Shown piece after piece: positions 59,478 to 64,000 of a stretch of 64,000 nt of DNA. The notes under the pieces are model-generated. The model searched no databases. It was not told where the DNA came from and worked only from the letters and a program-made list of their open reading frames with translations. The position numbers and the translations under genes are program-made. The DNA comes from a virus. The stretch covers positions 1 to 64,000 of the IMG/VR virus record IMGVR_UViG_3300034095_002552; one strand, written 5' to 3'. The number at the start of each line of letters is the position of its first letter. Positions within the stretch are counted from its first letter, which is position 1.

Positions 59478-60491
59478 TTAAATACCTTCTAATTCTTTCA
59501 AAAAGTCATCATCAGCAAGAGATGCAGAATCATCCGTTTTGGAAACTACCTTTGCAGTTTTCTTGACAGATAAAATTTCTTCATCAATAGTATCTGAACC
59601 AGAAATTACATTTGAAGAACTTAAGTTAGATCTAGAAGAAGATCCCGATGAATTACGAAATTCATCTAAAGAATCATCTTGTTGGCCTTCTACTATCATT
59701 CCGCAATGAACTCTCAAGGCATGCTTAATATCATCGCCAGATTTGATAATACGAAGAGACTGAAGGTCTTGTAAACTTGTTAGCCATTTTTCAAGCTCTT
59801 CTGAGGTGCCTGAAGAAGAAACTTCTTCAAACTTTGAAAAGTCATAGTTTGGATATTCTCTATTGCCACTCTTAACAACTTTTTTAACAAGTCTAAAATC
59901 ACGACCAGTTGTTGGATGTGTAATATCCCCTAATTCCTTTTCTCCAGCAGCCTCATCACCAAGAATTGCTCTCAAAATCTTAGCATGAACTTGTTTGCCA
60001 CATGAATAAATTTTTGGCCCTACATTTGTTCCTACTATAGACTTATTTTTAGGATCTACTTCCGATCTAACGATAACATTGTAATAATATCGTTCAACTG
60101 GCTTTAACTCCCTAGCACTGTTACGCATATCTTCTTGATCTTTGCCAGACAGTCCTTCAGATTTTTGCCATAAATCACTATAGTACTTACAAATAATGCA
60201 ATCTCCACGCCATTGTGGACCCCTATCAGTATCGGTAAGAGTTTTAGGACAATGGAATATTCTTTTCTGATTCGTAGTTGGATTATTTAAAGTGTGAATT
60301 CTTGTCGCACAATACAACTTTTGGCCTTTTCTCTTAGGCAAAAAACGCATCAAAACAAATCCATCACGGTCAGGAAGTCGTACATATTTTGCAAAGTACT
60401 CTTCGTTTTGACCCGTGTTGCTTTCTGAATTTACTCGTTTGGATTCTTTTTTTAACTCGTTAAGATCGAGTGGTTCGTAATCGATACCCAT
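59478..60491 (-). CDS. single-stranded DNA-binding protein, T4 gp32-like
   Basis: MRFLP, H..HCP..CIIC zinc ligands, RYYYNVIVR, GRDFRLVK, YPNYDFSKF, acidic tail DDDFLKELEGI; start 60491 with GCAGGTG SD. Confidence 0.88.
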   Translation of the reverse strand: MGIDYEPLDLNELKKESKRVNSESNTGQNEEYFAKYVRLPDRDGFVLMRFLPKRKGQKLYCATRIHTLNNPTTNQKRIFHCPKTLTDTDRGPQWRGDCIICKYYSDLWQKSEGLSGKDQEDMRNSARELKPVERYYYNVIVRSEVDPKNKSIVGTNVGPKIYSCGKQVHAKILRAILGDEAAGEKELGDITHPTTGRDFRLVKKVVKSGNREYPNYDFSKFEEVSSSGTSEELEKWLTSLQDLQSLRIIKSGDDIKHALRVHCGMIVEGQQDDSLDEFRNSSGSSSRSNLSSSNVISGSDTIDEEILSVKKTAKVVSKTDDSASLADDDFLKELEGI

Positions 60492-60512
60492 GATAGCACC
60501 TGCCTTTAAATG

Positions 60513-60628
60513 ATGGTTCGAGTAATGAATAATCACTACTCAATTAGTTAATGGTTCGAGCAATAAAACATTTATTGCCCAGTTAGTCAATGATTCGAGA
60601 AACAAACGATATGCTTCTCAGTTAGTCA
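60513..60628 (-). repeat. three tandem 38-39 nt hairpin units in the SSB 5' leader
   Basis: plus strand ATG(G/A)TTC-GAG[variable stem-loop]C(T/C)C-A(G/A)TTAGT(C/T)A x3. Confidence 0.85.
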
Positions 60629-60657
60629 TTTATAATCGTATCTATCATGTTGTGCAA
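60629..60657 (-). promoter_or_regulatory. sigma70-like promoter for the SSB gene
   Basis: TTGCAC-N17-TATAAA on the minus strand directly before the first repeat unit. Confidence 0.6.
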
Positions 60658-60673
60658 GATTAATTTTATAAAT

Positions 60674-61105
60674 TTATTTATTTTCGTAATCGATTACTAT
60701 TTGTGCATCAGGATCTTGAAATTTTTCCTGTGAATCGATGACACTTTTGTGCATGGCAGATAATTTATCCTGCAAGCTCATATTGCCTTCAGATTCCAAA
60801 TTCTCATTAATTTGTTTTCTTATGTCTTGCTCTTGATTGTATTGTTCTTCAAGAGCTTTTAAAATCTCTTGATTTTTCAATAATTGTTCTTTTATTTTTT
60901 CTGTTTTTTTTGCTTCTTGATCCAATTGCAACTCTCTATTGTTAACTATGGGTGTTTTTTTAGGACTAAGTGATTTTTCCAAAAGGTTTTGACGAACAAT
61001 TTCCCTTCGTTCTTTTCTTATAGCTTCCCTTCTAAGCAAAACCTTTGTATGTGATTTTTTTTCTCGTTCTTTTCTTTTCTTTGCAATTTTTTCATTTTTT
61101 TTCAT
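60674..61105 (-). CDS. hypothetical basic coiled-coil protein
   Basis: 143 aa, AGGAG SD. Confidence 0.7.
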   Translation of the reverse strand: MKKNEKIAKKRKEREKKSHTKVLLRREAIRKERREIVRQNLLEKSLSPKKTPIVNNRELQLDQEAKKTEKIKEQLLKNQEILKALEEQYNQEQDIRKQINENLESEGNMSLQDKLSAMHKSVIDSQEKFQDPDAQIVIDYENK

Positions 61106-61107
61106 AA

Positions 61108-61860
61108 CTATCTCCTAATGTTTGGCATGTTTTCTTGTGATGCGTTTCCCCAAAAAAGCTTTCCACCTTCTCTATCTTTTTGTGTCTCTGAAAAATTAAC
61201 TTCATTGTCACCAATGAGGCCAACTGGGGCTTGAATAAAATATTTGTCGCTAATTTTTATTTCCTTAGACATATCATCTATAATTGTATAAATCTCACCT
61301 TGAATAGAGCCAGATTTAGCATAAACTGGGTATTTTTTATCAACTGTTAGTTTATATCCTTTTGTCTTTACTTCATGTAGCATTGGCAATTCTGGGGAAA
61401 AAACAACTGTTGTGATTGGCTTTTTTGACCTTACCACAGTTTGCTTTTGAATTGCCAATTGCTCATGAGGATAAATTTCTCTTTTCTCTATTTGTTCATG
61501 AGGATAAAGTTCTATTTTCTCCACTTGTTCATGAGGATAAGTCGAATTTCCTACGCATGCTACAGACAAATCTTGAACCGAAAAACCCACAGAGTGATCA
61601 AATGTGAACTTTTTGTTTTTTATCACAACGCCACCATCAGATTCTCTAAAGCTAATTGGTTTTTTGCTAAGTTCAAATACTTCTACACTAGCGACAAATA
61701 TATCTCTTCGAGCAAGTTGCCCCATTACAACGGATGCAAGCTTTTCCAAAGGTACATCCTCGAATGGATCTCCAACCTTTTTTTTGATTGTTTTAACTTC
61801 ATCTTTATTGTAATTCCCATCAACTTTTTCGTGATAAGAATAAATTACTTCGTAGCCCAT
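61108..61860 (-). CDS. hypothetical protein with YPHEQ repeats
   Basis: 250 aa, GAGGA SD. Confidence 0.7.
   Translation of the reverse strand: MGYEVIYSYHEKVDGNYNKDEVKTIKKKVGDPFEDVPLEKLASVVMGQLARRDIFVASVEVFELSKKPISFRESDGGVVIKNKKFTFDHSVGFSVQDLSVACVGNSTYPHEQVEKIELYPHEQIEKREIYPHEQLAIQKQTVVRSKKPITTVVFSPELPMLHEVKTKGYKLTVDKKYPVYAKSGSIQGEIYTIIDDMSKEIKISDKYFIQAPVGLIGDNEVNFSETQKDREGGKLFWGNASQENMPNIRR
61459..61540 (-). repeat. 33 nt coding tandem repeat (YPHEQ x3)
   Basis: tcatgaggataa recurs every 33 nt. Confidence 0.85.
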
Positions 61861-61890
61861 AAATTCCTCATAATTTATTCTAATATAGTA

Positions 61891-62535
61891 TTATTTTTGT
61901 AAAATACCTGTGCCATATCTAGTATTGTAAATAATTGGTTCTTTTTCTACACTTTCTGCAAAAGCATAAAAGGCATTTTTCATTTTTTTCAAATCTTTTA
62001 TATACTCAACAACAATGATCCCGCCATCAGCCATATTCTTCCAAGAAATATCTAAATAATAAAGCAAATCATCATAAGAATTTTCATCAGTAATAAAAAA
62101 ACAATCCCACTTTTGGCTTGTTATCTTATCGTTTATTTCATCATCATGAATCGAACCATGATAAAAATCAAATTCTTTCTTGAAAGACTTTTTTACATTA
62201 TAAGAACCCATCCTTGGAGAAAAATATAGATTTTCATCTTTTTTTCTAAATGAAAAAAATATTTCTGTTTCTTTGCATGACATGAAAAAACATTTTTCCA
62301 AAAAACCAAGAGTAAAATTCCATGAAAAAACATTTTTTGGTTTTACAAATTTACCAAGATGATAATAAAACGGAGCATACATATAATCTCCATATGCTGG
62401 CGTTTTTCTTGAGTTTTCATCTATAAATTTACAATTTTGTAATAAGACCTTACCGTTTATAATCTTTTTATTTAAAAGAATTGATAATTCTTTTTGTATT
62501 GTTTCTATTCTAACCATAAAATAATATAGAAACAA
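61891..62535 (-). CDS. degenerate methyltransferase-fold protein (Methyltransf_24-like)
   Basis: KWDCFFIT...SYD...MADGGIIVVE resembles the C-terminal half of class I MTases, but motif I is not canonical. Confidence 0.45.
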   Translation of the reverse strand: MFLYYFMVRIETIQKELSILLNKKIINGKVLLQNCKFIDENSRKTPAYGDYMYAPFYYHLGKFVKPKNVFSWNFTLGFLEKCFFMSCKETEIFFSFRKKDENLYFSPRMGSYNVKKSFKKEFDFYHGSIHDDEINDKITSQKWDCFFITDENSYDDLLYYLDISWKNMADGGIIVVEYIKDLKKMKNAFYAFAESVEKEPIIYNTRYGTGILQK

Positions 62536-62546
62536 AGGGCAACAAT

Positions 62547-63665
62547 ATGTATGACTTTCTTATAGTTGGATCAGGTTTTTTTGGATCTACCTTCGCAAGA
62601 AGAGCTACCGATCATGGCAAAAAATGTTTAGTAATTGAAAAGAAAGATCATATCGCTGGTGCTGCCCATGATGTGCCATTTCAAGACTATTATGTTTCCT
62701 CTTATGGCGCACATATTTTTCACACTCATAGCTCTGAGATATGGAATTTTGTAAATCAATTTGAAGAATTTATTCCATTTATCAATAGGCCAAAAGTATT
62801 ATCTGGTGGAACAATATATTCATTTCCAATCAATCTAATGACCATGCATCAGTTGTGGGGCGTAAAAAAACCATCTGAAGCAATTGAGAAATTAGAAAAT
62901 GTGAAAATTAAATTTGAAAATCCCAAAAACTTTGAAGAATGGGCTTTATCAATGGTCGGAGAAGAAATATACAAAAAGTTTTTTTATGGATATACAAAAA
63001 AACAATGGCTAAAAGAACCAAAAGAATTACCAACATCGATAATTCAAAGACTTCCAATCAGACTGACATATGATGAAAATTATTTCACCACAAAATATCA
63101 GGGTATTCCCAAAAATGGGTATACAAATTTTGTCAAAAAGTTACTTGATGGAATTGATGTGGATACGAATGTTGATTTTATAAAAAATAAAGATAAATTA
63201 TCATCTATGGCAAAAACCATAATCTATACTGGCCCAATAGATGAATACTACGATTATGAATTTGGTAACCTTGATTACAACACATTAAGATTTACGAAAG
63301 AAGAATACAAAGGCGACTTTCAAGGTAATGCCGTTATAAATTATGCCGATGAAGATGTTCCATACATAAGATCAATAGAACACAAACATTTTTATAAACA
63401 TGGCGAATTAACAAAGCATTATACAAAAAAAAATGAATCAGAAATTAGCATAATAACTTATGATCATCCAGTTTCATTTAAAGAAAACCCAGATCCTTTT
63501 TATCCTATTAGAAATGAAAAAAATTCAGATATTTATAAAAAATACAATTCAATAAAATCATCAAATATAGTATTTGGTGGAAGACTTGGTGAATATAAGT
63601 ACCTAGATCTAGATGCGACTATGGCATCTGCAATAAGCAAATGTAATAAATTTTTGGAGATTTAA
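62547..63665 (+). CDS. glf: UDP-galactopyranose mutase
   Basis: YDFLIVGSGFFG FAD motif, YGAHIFHT, SFPIN, YTKKQW, RLPIR, YQGIP, RSIEHKHF, GRLGEYKYLD. Confidence 0.95.
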   Translation: MYDFLIVGSGFFGSTFARRATDHGKKCLVIEKKDHIAGAAHDVPFQDYYVSSYGAHIFHTHSSEIWNFVNQFEEFIPFINRPKVLSGGTIYSFPINLMTMHQLWGVKKPSEAIEKLENVKIKFENPKNFEEWALSMVGEEIYKKFFYGYTKKQWLKEPKELPTSIIQRLPIRLTYDENYFTTKYQGIPKNGYTNFVKKLLDGIDVDTNVDFIKNKDKLSSMAKTIIYTGPIDEYYDYEFGNLDYNTLRFTKEEYKGDFQGNAVINYADEDVPYIRSIEHKHFYKHGELTKHYTKKNESEISIITYDHPVSFKENPDPFYPIRNEKNSDIYKKYNSIKSSNIVFGGRLGEYKYLDLDATMASAISKCNKFLEI

Positions 63666-63666
63666 A

Positions 63667-64000
63667 ATGAATGATGCTAAATTTGTTGTCTTGGCAACAG
63701 AAAAAGGTAAAAAAAGATTAGAAAATTTTTTAGAATATTGCTTAGAAAATAAATCTAAAAAAATAGAATGTGTATTCTTACTTGGTCCAAAAAACGAAAA
63801 TAGCTTTGCTGAAGATATCATAGAAAAATATCAAACTGAAAACACAAAAATATCTATAGTTCGTTATGAAAATGATCAACCATCATTTAAAAGAAATGGT
63901 TATTTTAGAGATTTAGATCAAGATACTGTTGATAATTTCAAATGGTTAATATCAATTGATGAAGACTCAGTAACAAATGTTGATGGTCTTATAGATTCAT
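63667..64000 (+). CDS. glycosyltransferase-like protein, truncated by the window edge
   Basis: open frame MNDAKFVVL...KWLISIDEDSVTNV (GT31/fringe-like DxD context) running off the end. Confidence 0.55.
   Translation, partial: MNDAKFVVLATEKGKKRLENFLEYCLENKSKKIECVFLLGPKNENSFAEDIIEKYQTENTKISIVRYENDQPSFKRNGYFRDLDQDTVDNFKWLISIDEDSVTNVDGLIDS

Noticed and set aside
60492-60536. N-terminal extension MIIHYSNHHLKAGAI of the SSB ORF in the track
   Set aside because: It lies within the leader hairpins; the ATG at 60491 has a good SD
60513-60628. Mini CRISPR array interpretation of the SSB leader repeats
   Set aside because: Variable parts are only 16-17 nt and are self-complementary, repeats are about 22 nt and imperfect, and no cas genes are in the window
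61441-61902. 153 aa plus-strand ORF and other short ORFs antisense to long genes
   Set aside because: Antisense to well-supported genes, with no SD or recognisable motifs
1-64000. Stop-codon reassignment, inteins, introns or tRNA genes
   Set aside because: Core genes are full length in the standard code and of normal size, all three stop codons are used, and no cloverleaf was recognised in the short intergenic gaps

Overview
AT-rich, gene-dense 64 kb segment of a large T4-like (jumbo) myophage genome, standard genetic code, with frequent strand switching. It carries neck and tail genes (gp13-, gp14-, gp15-like, tail sheath, two tail tube paralogs, gp26/gp51-like chaperones) and replication/recombination genes (gp46/gp47, UvsX/RecA, gp32-like SSB, Dda/RecD-like and Ski2/Hel308-like helicases, resolvase, exonuclease). 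It also encodes nucleotide metabolism (class II RNR, CTP synthase, dNMP kinase), transcription control (gp55-like late sigma, a sigma70-type factor, a STAS anti-anti-sigma), and a dispersed glycan-modification set (about seven glycosyltransferase-like ORFs plus UDP-galactopyranose mutase). The STAS protein resembles planctomycete STAS proteins, which hints at the host (inference). The most notable signals outside the ORF track are three: (1) three tandem 38-39 nt units with conserved single-stranded linkers and covarying hairpins filling the 5' leader of the SSB gene; (2) a likely -1 programmed frameshift joining the gp26-like ORF to an unannotated gp51/GT-like ORF; (3) at least eight scattered orphan ORFs sharing a T4 capsid-targeting-like N-terminal peptide. 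No tRNA, rRNA or CRISPR array was recognised. All product calls come from motif recognition by eye, not database searches.
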